This document shows, one piece after another, positions 9,189-17,406 of a stretch of 64,000 nt of DNA. Position 1 is the first letter of the stretch. Each line of letters opens with the position of its first letter. A program made the position numbers and the translations under genes. The notes under the pieces are model-generated. The model did no database searches, had not been told where the DNA came from, and saw nothing but the letters and a program-made list of their open reading frames with translations. This DNA is from Chloroflexota bacterium (GTDB lineage: Bacteria; Chloroflexota; Limnocylindria; Limnocylindrales; CSP1-4): the NCBI GenBank assembly GCA_042408445.1, contig JBHORC010000011.1, positions 58,069-122,068 of the forward strand, given 5' to 3'.

Positions 9189-9880
9189 CCGACACGACCC
9201 CAGGGACACCGGGCACGCCGAGCGCCGCGAAGCCGCTCCGGTTGCTCGTCGTCGACGACCACGAGGTCGTTCGGCAGGGCCTCGTCGCCCTGCTCGAGCG
9301 CCGACCGACGTTCCAGGTCGTTGCCGAGGCGGGCAGCGTCGAGGAGGCGATGGCCCAGGCGCGCCGGCACGAGCCGGACGTGGTGATCATGGACGTGCGT
9401 CTCCCCGACGGCTCCGGGATCGAGGCGTGCCGTGACATCCGGGCGGAGCTGCCCGGCACCCGCGTCGTCATCCTCACCTCGTTCCCGGACGACGAGGCGG
9501 TCTTCTCCGCGATCGTCGCGGGAGCCTCGGGGTACCTGTTGAAGCAGATCCGGGCGCGGGATCTCGTCGCCGCGCTGGAGGCCGTCGGCCGTGGCGAGTC
9601 CCTGCTGGATCCTGCCGTCACGGAGAAGGTCCTGATCCGGGTCCGCCAGATCGCCGCCGGCGAGACGAACGACGAGCTGGGCGGGCTCACGCCGCAGGAG
9701 CGGAAGATCCTGATGCTCGTCGCCGAGGGCAAGACCAACAAGGAGATCGCCGCGGAGATCTTCCTGTCCGACAAGACGGTGAAGAACTACGTCAGCTCGA
9801 TCCTCGCCAAGCTCAACCTCGAGCGCCGCGCGCAGGCCGCGGCCTTCGTCGCCCAGCACCGGCTCGATCGCGGGCGGTAG
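9185..9880 (+). CDS. DosR/DevR-like NarL-family response regulator
   Basis: VDDHEVVR, DVRLPDGSG, LTPQE...EGKTNKEIA..FLSDKTVKNYVSSILAKL. Confidence 0.93.
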   Translation: MTDTTPGTPGTPSAAKPLRLLVVDDHEVVRQGLVALLERRPTFQVVAEAGSVEEAMAQARRHEPDVVIMDVRLPDGSGIEACRDIRAELPGTRVVILTSFPDDEAVFSAIVAGASGYLLKQIRARDLVAALEAVGRGESLLDPAVTEKVLIRVRQIAAGETNDELGGLTPQERKILMLVAEGKTNKEIAAEIFLSDKTVKNYVSSILAKLNLERRAQAAAFVAQHRLDRGR

Positions 9881-9935
9881 GCCGGCGGCATGATGACGCC
9901 GCCCGAGCCAACCCTGCGCAATGGCCCGTCCTTCC

Positions 9936-9978
9936 GGGCCAAAGGTCCCTGCTCCAGCCGGCGCGCGGCGTCTACGGT
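9936..9978 (+). promoter_or_regulatory. DosR-like box and -10 element of the GNAT/CoA-transferase operon
   Basis: GGGCC-AAAG-GTCCC 9936-9949 (half-site GGCCC at 9923-9927); TACGGT 9973-9978, 6 nt before ATG 9985. Confidence 0.7.
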
Positions 9979-9984
9979 CGCTCC

Positions 9985-10506
9985 ATGGACCCCTGCACCC
10001 CGGCACCGGACGTCACGATCCGGCCGATCGTCGCCGCGGACGCTCCCGCGCTCGAGGACTTCTACCGACGGCTCGGTGACGACAGCCGACGGCTGCGCTT
10101 CTTCGCGGTGACGAGCGGCCTGACACACGCCCAGTCGGCCGCCTTCTGCTCTCCCGACCATTGCCACGAGGAGGGCTTCGTCGCGACGATCACCGGCGGC
10201 GCGGGAGGCGGGTCGGCGCGGGTCGTCGGTCATGTCTGTCTCGAGCCCGCCGGCGACGGCCGGGCGGAGGTCGCGATCGCCGTCGCGGACGACCTGCAGC
10301 GCCGCGGGATCGGCCAGCAGCTCATGGAGGCCGCGCTCGAGTGGGCGCGCGAGGCCGGGGTCGGGACGCTGATCGCGACGACCCTCGCCTCGAACGCGGG
10401 GATCCACCGCCTGATCGCATCGCTCGGGATCCCCGCCACGGTTCGTGGCGGCGGTGACACCTCGACCGTCGAGCTGGCCGTCCCGTCCCCCGCGATCGCG
10501 GCCTGA
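9985..10506 (+). CDS. GNAT acetyltransferase (resembles the GNAT domain of Pat/YfiQ)
   Basis: IRPI...SRRLRFF, AEVAIAVADDLQRRGIG acetyl-CoA loop. Confidence 0.88.
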   Translation: MDPCTPAPDVTIRPIVAADAPALEDFYRRLGDDSRRLRFFAVTSGLTHAQSAAFCSPDHCHEEGFVATITGGAGGGSARVVGHVCLEPAGDGRAEVAIAVADDLQRRGIGQQLMEAALEWAREAGVGTLIATTLASNAGIHRLIASLGIPATVRGGGDTSTVELAVPSPAIAA

Positions 10507-10517
10507 CCGCGACCAGG

Positions 10518-11789
10518 ATGCGGATCGTCGAAGCGGCAGAGGCCGTCGCGGGCATCGTCTCGGGCCAGCGGGTCTACCTGCAGTGCGCGGGGGCCACGCC
10601 GAGCGTGCTCCTCCAGGCGCTCGTCGATCGGTCCGCGGAGCTCCACGACGTCGAGGTCGTCCATCTCCACATCGAGGGTCCGGCACCGCACCTCGCGCCG
10701 GAGATGGCCGGTCACTTCCGCCATCGCGCGCTCTTCATCGGGCCGAACGCCCGGGCGGCCGTGAACGAGGGACGCGCCGACTACGTGCCGGTCTTCCTCT
10801 CCGACGTGCCCCGCCTGTTCACGTCCGGCGTGCTGCCGCTCGACGCGGTCTTCGTGAACGCGACCCCGCCCGACGCGTTCGGCTTCTGCTCGCTGGGGAC
10901 CTCCGTCGAGGCGATGCACGCGGCGATCCTCGCCGCGACGACGGTGATCGTCCAGTTCAACCGGTCCATGCCGCGGACGCTCGGCGACAGCTTCATCCAC
11001 GTCGACCAGATCGACCTCGCGGTGGAGGTCGACCAGCCGCCCTTCGAGCACGCGGTCGGGGCGATCGGCGAGACGGAGCGTCGGATCGGCGAGCACGTGG
11101 CCGACCTCGTCGTGGACGGGGCCACGATCCAGCTGGGGATCGGCGCGATCCCGGCTGCGACCGCGCTCTTCCTCCGGGACAAGCGCGACCTCGGCGTCCA
11201 CACGGAGATGTTCACCGACAGCGTCGTCGACCTCGTCGAGGCGGGGGTCATCACCGGCGCCCGCAAGGAGCGGAACCGCGGCAAGATCGTCACCGCCTTC
11301 GTCCTCGGCAGCCGGCGCCTGTACCGCTTCATCGACGACAACCCGATGATCGAGATGCGGCCGGTCGACTTCACGAACGACACCCACGTCATCCGCTCGT
11401 TCGCCCGGATGACCGCGATCAACTCGGCGATCGAGGTCGACGTGACCGGCCAGGTCGTGGCGGACTCGATCGGCAGCCACGTCTACAGCGGCGTGGGCGG
11501 TCAGATGGACTTCATCCGCGGCGCGGCGCTGGCGGCGGAGGGCCGGGCGATCATCGCGCTCCCCTCAACGGCCCGCGCGGGGGCGACGAGCCGGATCGTG
11601 CCGACCCTCCACGAGGGCGCCGGCGTGGTGACGACCCGGGCCCACGTCCGGACCGTCGTCACCGAATGGGGCGTCGCCGAGCTGTTCGGCCGGAGCGTCC
11701 GGGAGCGGGCCAGGGCGCTCATCGCGATCGCCCATCCCGATCATCGGGACCAGCTGGAACACGCCGCGCGGGCGCTGCTCGAGCTCTGA
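10518..11789 (+). CDS. Acetyl-CoA hydrolase/transferase (4-hydroxybutyrate CoA-transferase-like, family I)
   Basis: TIQLGIGAIP, LGVHTEM (catalytic Glu), SGVGGQMDFIRGA, VVTEWG. Confidence 0.93.
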   Translation: MRIVEAAEAVAGIVSGQRVYLQCAGATPSVLLQALVDRSAELHDVEVVHLHIEGPAPHLAPEMAGHFRHRALFIGPNARAAVNEGRADYVPVFLSDVPRLFTSGVLPLDAVFVNATPPDAFGFCSLGTSVEAMHAAILAATTVIVQFNRSMPRTLGDSFIHVDQIDLAVEVDQPPFEHAVGAIGETERRIGEHVADLVVDGATIQLGIGAIPAATALFLRDKRDLGVHTEMFTDSVVDLVEAGVITGARKERNRGKIVTAFVLGSRRLYRFIDDNPMIEMRPVDFTNDTHVIRSFARMTAINSAIEVDVTGQVVADSIGSHVYSGVGGQMDFIRGAALAAEGRAIIALPSTARAGATSRIVPTLHEGAGVVTTRAHVRTVVTEWGVAELFGRSVRERARALIAIAHPDHRDQLEHAARALLEL

Positions 11790-11818
11790 CGCGCGCGCCC
11801 GGTCTGCGGCGCGACCCT

Positions 11819-12064
11819 TCAGGACGACGCGCGGGCCGCGACCCTCGCGAGTGGGTCCGTCGCCGGGGCGAGGAGCGCGGCGATCTCCGCCGCCTCGGCT
11901 GGTGTCAGTTGCTCGATGATCGTGCCGGCCAGGACCGTGACGAAGTCACCGATCCGCACATCGGGGCAGAGCAGCGTCGAGGCCACCCGCCGGCGGCCTC
12001 GTGCCTCCACGACCGCACCGGCCGGCTCCATGGCGACGACGCGCCCGGGGAGCTCGATGCACAT
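11819..12064 (-). CDS. hypC: HypC/HupF hydrogenase maturation chaperone (atypical)
   Basis: MCIELPGRVV N-terminus and GDFV; position in the hydrogenase operon. Confidence 0.8.
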   Translation of the reverse strand: MCIELPGRVVAMEPAGAVVEARGRRRVASTLLCPDVRIGDFVTVLAGTIIEQLTPAEAAEIAALLAPATDPLARVAARASS

Positions 12065-12067
12065 CGG

Positions 12068-12598
12068 TCAGCTCCGGACCCGGTCGATCGCCGCGAGGAT
12101 CGCGTCCACGAACGCCGGGATCGCGTGGGCGACCCGCGGGCTCAGTGGCGCTCCCAGCCCGAACGCCCCCGCGCCGACGGCGACGATGCGGCCCCGGAGC
12201 GGGCGCCCGCGGATCATGTCGGCGAGGCCGATGACCTCGCGGAACTCGAGGGCGTGCGACGAACGCGGGCGGACGTTGTCCGGCCGGGCGATCAGGCCGC
12301 CGAGCGGGAGCTCCACGACCTCACCCCGCCGCAGCCCGGTCGCCGCGTCGACGACCACGACGCCCGCGCCGCGGCCCACCGCGAGCAGGTCGTCGATGTC
12401 GAGCTGGCCGACGATCCGGACGCGGACGTCCGGTTCGACCCGGTCGCGGAGCTGCCCCGCCGCGACGATCGGTGCGCCGTCGTCGCCGCGGTCGATCGAG
12501 CCGCAGACCAGCACCTCGACGGCGACGCCCAGGGGCGAGTGTCGCGCGGAAGACGGTCGGGACGGCGCGGTGGGGCGCAGGGTGGGCGGGATCGTCAT
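12068..12598 (-). CDS. Hydrogenase maturation protease
   Basis: RGDDGA, VVVVDAA and SSH motifs; ATGA overlap with the large-subunit stop. Confidence 0.85.
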   Translation of the reverse strand: MTIPPTLRPTAPSRPSSARHSPLGVAVEVLVCGSIDRGDDGAPIVAAGQLRDRVEPDVRVRIVGQLDIDDLLAVGRGAGVVVVDAATGLRRGEVVELPLGGLIARPDNVRPRSSHALEFREVIGLADMIRGRPLRGRIVAVGAGAFGLGAPLSPRVAHAIPAFVDAILAAIDRVRS

Positions 12599-13920
12599 GA
12601 TGCGTCCTCCACGCGCAGGTCGAGGAAGTGGGTGGCACAGCTGATGCACGGGTCATAGCTCCGGATCAGCTGCTCGATCCGGTGCGTGGCCTCGTGACGG
12701 GGCAGGTGGAGGACCGTCGGCGCGAAGGCCGCCAGGTCGGACTCGATCGCGGCCTGGTTCTGGCTGGTCGGCGGCACGATCTGGGCGTGGGCGATGCGGC
12801 CCCGCTCATCCAGCTCATAGGCGTGGAAGATCAGGCCGCGCGGCGCCTCCGTTGCCCAGGCGGCTTCCCCGCCGTGCCGCTCCCAGGCCACAGCGGCGTC
12901 GCCGGCCGGCTCGTATGCGTCGACGATCGCAAGCGCTTCGGCCGTGGCGTCAACCGTTTCGACGGCCCGGGCGACGATGCTCCGATAGGGGTTCACGGCG
13001 ATCTCGGCGGCGAGCCCCGTGCGGTCGAGGGCCGCGGCCGCGATCGGATGGAGCTGGTCCCGGGCGAGCGTGATCCGCGACATCGGCCCCAGCAGGTAGG
13101 CGCGACCCGCGGCGTCGCGGGCCTGGAGCGCGTGCGACCACGGCACCTGCTCCTCGTGGAACGCCGATCGCCAGGCGGTCGACGGCAGGTCCAGTCCGTC
13201 GGTCGAGACGATCCGGCCCTCGTTCATCGGGTACTCGAGCGGGTGGCGGAGGGCGACGAGCGGGCCCTCCCGGACGAACGCCGGCGTGTCGAGCGCGGCG
13301 ACGAGCTCCACGGTCTGGATCGCGACCTCGAGGGCGCGTTCCAGCGAGCCCCGGAGGGCGCGGACCTCCTCCCGCCGGAACGAGCGGGAGAACCCGCCGA
13401 CCCGCACGGAGACGGGATGGATGGCCCGACCGCCGACCATCGCCACGATCTCGTTGCCGGCCTTCTTCAGCGCGAGTCCGGCTTCGACCGCCGCCCGGTG
13501 GTCGTGCGCCATCTCGAGCGCGCTCGCGTAGCCCAGGAAGTCGGGAAGGTGCAGGAGGTAGATGTGGAGGGCGTGGCTCTCGATCCACTCGCCGCAGTAC
13601 AGCAGCCGCCGCAGGGCGCGGACCGACGGGTCGATCTCGACGGCGAGGGCGTGCTCGAAGGCGTGGACCGCCGTCATCTGGTACGCGACCGGGCAGATGC
13701 CACAGATGCGGGCGACGATGTCGATGACCTCGTCCGGCGTCCGCCCCAGGACGAGCCGCTCGAAGTAGCGCGGCGCCTCGAAGATCGCGAGGTGTGCCTC
13801 CTCCACGCGACCGTTCTTCACCCGGACCTTCAGGGAGCCCTCGCCCTCGACCCGCGTCAGGCCGGCGATGTCGACCTCGAGGTCGCCGCTCGACTCGGTG
13901 ATCGTGTCGGTGTCATGCAT
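12595..13920 (-). CDS. hyhL: Group 3b [NiFe]-hydrogenase large (alpha) subunit
   Basis: TRVEGEG, L1 RICGICP, EAPRG, L2 YDPCISCATH plus a cleavable tail. Confidence 0.95.
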   Translation of the reverse strand: MHDTDTITESSGDLEVDIAGLTRVEGEGSLKVRVKNGRVEEAHLAIFEAPRYFERLVLGRTPDEVIDIVARICGICPVAYQMTAVHAFEHALAVEIDPSVRALRRLLYCGEWIESHALHIYLLHLPDFLGYASALEMAHDHRAAVEAGLALKKAGNEIVAMVGGRAIHPVSVRVGGFSRSFRREEVRALRGSLERALEVAIQTVELVAALDTPAFVREGPLVALRHPLEYPMNEGRIVSTDGLDLPSTAWRSAFHEEQVPWSHALQARDAAGRAYLLGPMSRITLARDQLHPIAAAALDRTGLAAEIAVNPYRSIVARAVETVDATAEALAIVDAYEPAGDAAVAWERHGGEAAWATEAPRGLIFHAYELDERGRIAHAQIVPPTSQNQAAIESDLAAFAPTVLHLPRHEATHRIEQLIRSYDPCISCATHFLDLRVEDAS

Positions 13921-14809
13921 CGGGGCCTCCCGGCGGCGTGCCCGCGGGCTGAGCGTCTGCAGGCTGGTTTGCGGTGACGGGTGGGCCGCCGCGAGCGTCG
14001 ATCACGGCCCGGAACGGCGTCGACCAGGCGGTGAAGCCGGCGAACAGGCTCGCGACCTCCGGGTCCGTCCGGCCGTCCGAGAGCCACTCCGCGAGCGACT
14101 CCGCATTCGCTCCTTCGCGCGGCCCGAAGCAGCCGTAGCAGCCGCGGCCGTAGGCGGGGCAGATCGCCCCGCAGCCCGTCCTCGTCACCGGGCCGAGGCA
14201 GGCGACGCCGCGGCTGACGGCGACGCACACGACGCCGCGGCGCTTGCACTCGATGCACACCGCCTCGTCGGGGAGCTGCGGGCGGCGGCCGGTGACGAGC
14301 GCGACGAGAAACTCGCGAAGCTGGGCAGGCGAGATCGGGCAGCCCCGCAGCTCGCCGTCAACCGCCACGTAGTCGGACACCGGCCGCGCCTCGGCGAGCG
14401 ACTCGACGAACGCGGGCTCGGGATAGACCGCCGCCCGGGTCTCGTCGTGATCGAACCAGTTCCGGATCGCCTGGATGCCGCCGGCCGTCGCGCACGCCCC
14501 GATCGTCACGAGGCGATGCGAGACGGCCCGCAGTCGGGCGATCTCCTCGACCTGCTCGGGGGTGCTGATCGAGCCCTCCACGAACAGGACGTCGAAGGGG
14601 CCGGCCGATCGCCGCGACGTCGCCTCGGCGAACTCCACGAGATCGACGCGGTCGGCGATCGTCAGGAGCTCGTCCTCGAGATCGAGCAGCGTCAGCTGAC
14701 AGCCGTCACAGGACGCGAGCTTCACCACACCGATCCGTGGACGGCGGGCGATGCCGTCGCGCGGACGGCCGGGTGCAGCCGATACGGGCAGCGGCGTTCC
14801 GGTCGTCAC
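13913..14809 (-). CDS. hyhS: Group 3b [NiFe]-hydrogenase small (delta) subunit
   Basis: ASCDGCQ, VEGS, GACATAGG, RGCPI, VCIECK, CLGPVT..GCGAICP, CYGCFG; GTG at 14809 overlaps the upstream TGA. Confidence 0.92.
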   Translation of the reverse strand: MTTGTPLPVSAAPGRPRDGIARRPRIGVVKLASCDGCQLTLLDLEDELLTIADRVDLVEFAEATSRRSAGPFDVLFVEGSISTPEQVEEIARLRAVSHRLVTIGACATAGGIQAIRNWFDHDETRAAVYPEPAFVESLAEARPVSDYVAVDGELRGCPISPAQLREFLVALVTGRRPQLPDEAVCIECKRRGVVCVAVSRGVACLGPVTRTGCGAICPAYGRGCYGCFGPREGANAESLAEWLSDGRTDPEVASLFAGFTAWSTPFRAVIDARGGPPVTANQPADAQPAGTPPGGPDA

Positions 14810-16827
14810 AACCCCTCCCGGACGAGCGCCGTCCCGAGCTCGGCGACCGAGAAGACCGGGCCGTCGCGGCAGACGAAGAACGGACCGAGCTGGCAATGTC
14901 CGCACGTCCCGACGCCGCAGGCCATGTTCCGCTCGAGCGTCAGCCAGGTCGAAGCTGGGGCAACGCCGCGGCGCTCGAGGGCGGCCGCGGTCGCCTGCAT
15001 CATCCGGTCCGGTCCGCAGACGAACGCCGTCGTCCTCGAGCCGTCCCACGTCGCCTGGTCGAACAGCTGCGTCACGATCCCCACCCGGCCGAGCCAATCG
15101 GGCCCGGCGCGATCGACGATCTCGGCAACCTCGAGGTCCACACGACCGGCGAGCGCGGCCATCTCGGCAACAAAGAGTCGGTCGCGTGGCGTCCGCGCGC
15201 CGAGGTACAGCCGGACCGCGCCGTACATCGGCCGCGCGGCGAGGATCGCGTCGATCACGGGTCGCAGCGGCGCAAGCCCGATCCCGCCCGCGACGATCAC
15301 GACATCGCGGCCGAACGCCGACGCGACCGGCCATGGCCGCCCGAACGGGCCGCGCAGCGCGACCTGGCTGCCTCGATCCAGCTCGGTCAGCACCTGCGTC
15401 GCGGGGCCGGCGGCGCGGATCGTCAGCTCCAGGCCCGTCGGCAGGACGCGCGAGATCGAGATCGGTGGGACGGCGAAGCCGGTCCGCTCGACCATCACGA
15501 ACTGGCCCGGCCAGGCCGTCCGGACCGTCGCGTCCGCAACGTCGAGGCGCAACGTGACCGTGTCGGCCGTTTCGCGGGTGACCGCCTCGACGGTCGCGAG
15601 CGCGTGGTGAGCCGGCTCGACCGTCGTGAGCGCGGCCGGAGCCCGGCCCGCGGGCGGTGACGGCGGCCAGGGAATGGGGCCGGTCGGTGCGCCGACCGGC
15701 GCGATCGCCGCCAGCTCCTCGCGGACGTCGATCCCGACCGGACACCACGCGACGCACCGGCCACAGCCGACGCAGCCGCTCGTCCCGAACTGGTCCTCCC
15801 ACGTCGAGAACTTGTGGGTGAGCCACTGGCGGTAGCGGTCCTGGACCTTCGGCCGGAAGTTGGCGTCGCCCGCGACGCGTCCGAAGCCGAGGCTGAAGCA
15901 GCTGTCCCAGCGTCGCTCGGTCGTCGCGTCGAGACCATCGAGATCGGAGGTCGTGCCGACGCTCGTGCAGAAGCAGGTCGGGCAGACGAGCGTGCAGTTC
16001 GCGCACGCGAGGCACCGTTCCGCGATCTCCGCCCAGCGGGGATGGTCCAGTGCGGCGCGGAGGCGGGCGGGGAGCCCGTCGACCGCTACCGGATCCCCGA
16101 TCGCGGCCCGGACCGCGGCGACCTGCCGCTCCGCGGCCTGGACCTGCTCCGCGGCTGCGTCGGCCAGCTCGAGCCGCTCGATGATGGCCGCGCCCGCCGG
16201 CGAGCCGGCCCGCAACGTGAACCCGTCGTCGAGCTCGGACAGCACGATGTCGGCCCCGGCCTGGACCTCCGGTCCGGTGCCCATCGAGGTGCAGAAGCAG
16301 GTGCTCGTCGCGGTCGCGCACTCGACGGCGACGATCAGCGCGGCGTCGGCCCGTGCCGCGTGGTCCGCGTCGCCGACCGGTCCCGCCCGCATGGCCCGCT
16401 GCTGGATCCGGAGGGCCGCGAGCTCGCAGGCGCGGACGCCAAGGAAGGCGAGCTTCGGCGGCGACTCGTTGGCCGGCACGATCGTCATCACCCGCCCGTC
16501 CCGCATCGATCGGGTCAGCGGGATCACCGCCGGATGGGTGTAGCGCTTCCAGGCGGACAGGGCCACCCCGTAGTCGAAGGTCCGCTCGCCATGGCCGGGC
16601 TCGATCCGGTATCGCCCCGGCGCCGCCTCGCTCGTCCAGCCGACGGGCAGCTCCTCGGGTCCGTCGAGCTCCTCGTAGACGATGGCCTCGTCGACGACGG
16701 TCGGACCGATCACCCGGCGCCCGTCGGCAGAGAGGGCGGTCAGGAGCCGCTGGAGCTCGGGTCGTGGCAGGAACCGGGTGGTCACCGAGGCGCCGACATC
16801 GTCGACGACATTCGTGTCGGCGATCAC
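14806..16827 (-). CDS. Fused sulfhydrogenase beta (4Fe-4S) and gamma (FAD/NAD(P), 2Fe-2S) subunits
   Basis: CLACANCTLVCPTCFC and CVGCGRCVAWCP, then a Pro-rich linker, RGPFG, AGGIGLAPLR, CGP, MACGVGTCGHC..VCRDGPVF in one frame. Confidence 0.9.
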   Translation of the reverse strand: MIADTNVVDDVGASVTTRFLPRPELQRLLTALSADGRRVIGPTVVDEAIVYEELDGPEELPVGWTSEAAPGRYRIEPGHGERTFDYGVALSAWKRYTHPAVIPLTRSMRDGRVMTIVPANESPPKLAFLGVRACELAALRIQQRAMRAGPVGDADHAARADAALIVAVECATATSTCFCTSMGTGPEVQAGADIVLSELDDGFTLRAGSPAGAAIIERLELADAAAEQVQAAERQVAAVRAAIGDPVAVDGLPARLRAALDHPRWAEIAERCLACANCTLVCPTCFCTSVGTTSDLDGLDATTERRWDSCFSLGFGRVAGDANFRPKVQDRYRQWLTHKFSTWEDQFGTSGCVGCGRCVAWCPVGIDVREELAAIAPVGAPTGPIPWPPSPPAGRAPAALTTVEPAHHALATVEAVTRETADTVTLRLDVADATVRTAWPGQFVMVERTGFAVPPISISRVLPTGLELTIRAAGPATQVLTELDRGSQVALRGPFGRPWPVASAFGRDVVIVAGGIGLAPLRPVIDAILAARPMYGAVRLYLGARTPRDRLFVAEMAALAGRVDLEVAEIVDRAGPDWLGRVGIVTQLFDQATWDGSRTTAFVCGPDRMMQATAAALERRGVAPASTWLTLERNMACGVGTCGHCQLGPFFVCRDGPVFSVAELGTALVREGL

Positions 16828-17300
16828 CACGGCTCCACCGCCGCCCGGTACACGTCGAGCAGCTGCATCCTCGTCGCCGACAGGCGGCGCGCGACGACGG
16901 CCAGGAGGCGCCGGTACACGACGGCAGCGAGCTCGTCGTCGATCTCGAGGGCGGCCAGCAGGCCGAACGATTCGAACTGCACCGCCACGGATGGGGCCAC
17001 GGCCATGCACGTCGAGGTCGACACCGAGCCGGGGAGCACGGCGGACCATCCGAACACCTCGCCGGGCTCGAGCGTCATGAGCGTCCGCTCACCGACGCCG
17101 CCGACCGCGAGGCGGAGGGCCAGCCGGCCCGCGACGAGGATGCCCATGGCCGGGCACGGTCGTCCCTCCTCCAGGACGACCGTTCCGGCGGGAATGTCAA
17201 CCAGCCTGCCGATGACCGCGAGCCGGGCACGGGCCGTCACCGGAAGGGTGGCGCCGAACCAGGTGTCGCCGAGCACCGTCGACAGGGTCGAGGTCTGCAT
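16824..17300 (-). CDS. Stand-alone cyclic-nucleotide-binding (Crp-type effector domain) protein
   Basis: GTVVLEEG, LEPGEVFGWSAV, RLSATRMQLLDVY; no HTH. Confidence 0.85.
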   Translation of the reverse strand: MQTSTLSTVLGDTWFGATLPVTARARLAVIGRLVDIPAGTVVLEEGRPCPAMGILVAGRLALRLAVGGVGERTLMTLEPGEVFGWSAVLPGSVSTSTCMAVAPSVAVQFESFGLLAALEIDDELAAVVYRRLLAVVARRLSATRMQLLDVYRAAVEPW

Positions 17301-17406
17301 GCGGCCATCCTGTGACCGGGTGATCCGGCTCACGAGGGTCCACCGGCCCGCGACGACGGGCCATTCAGCCCATCCGCCGGCGACGCTTTGAACCGACGAT
17401 CGGTCC
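17301..17406. promoter_or_regulatory. Back-to-back leaderless promoters sharing two DosR-like boxes
   Basis: GGGTC-CACC-GGCCC 17336-17349 and GGGCC-ATTC-AGCCC 17358-17371; -10-like CAGGAT (minus, 17307-17312) and GACGAT (plus, 17395-17400), each 6 nt from an ATG. Confidence 0.7.

Noticed and set aside
12595-13920. Selenocysteine-containing [NiFeSe] hydrogenase
   Set aside because: All four ligands are Cys (RICGIC, DPCISC); no in-frame TGA.
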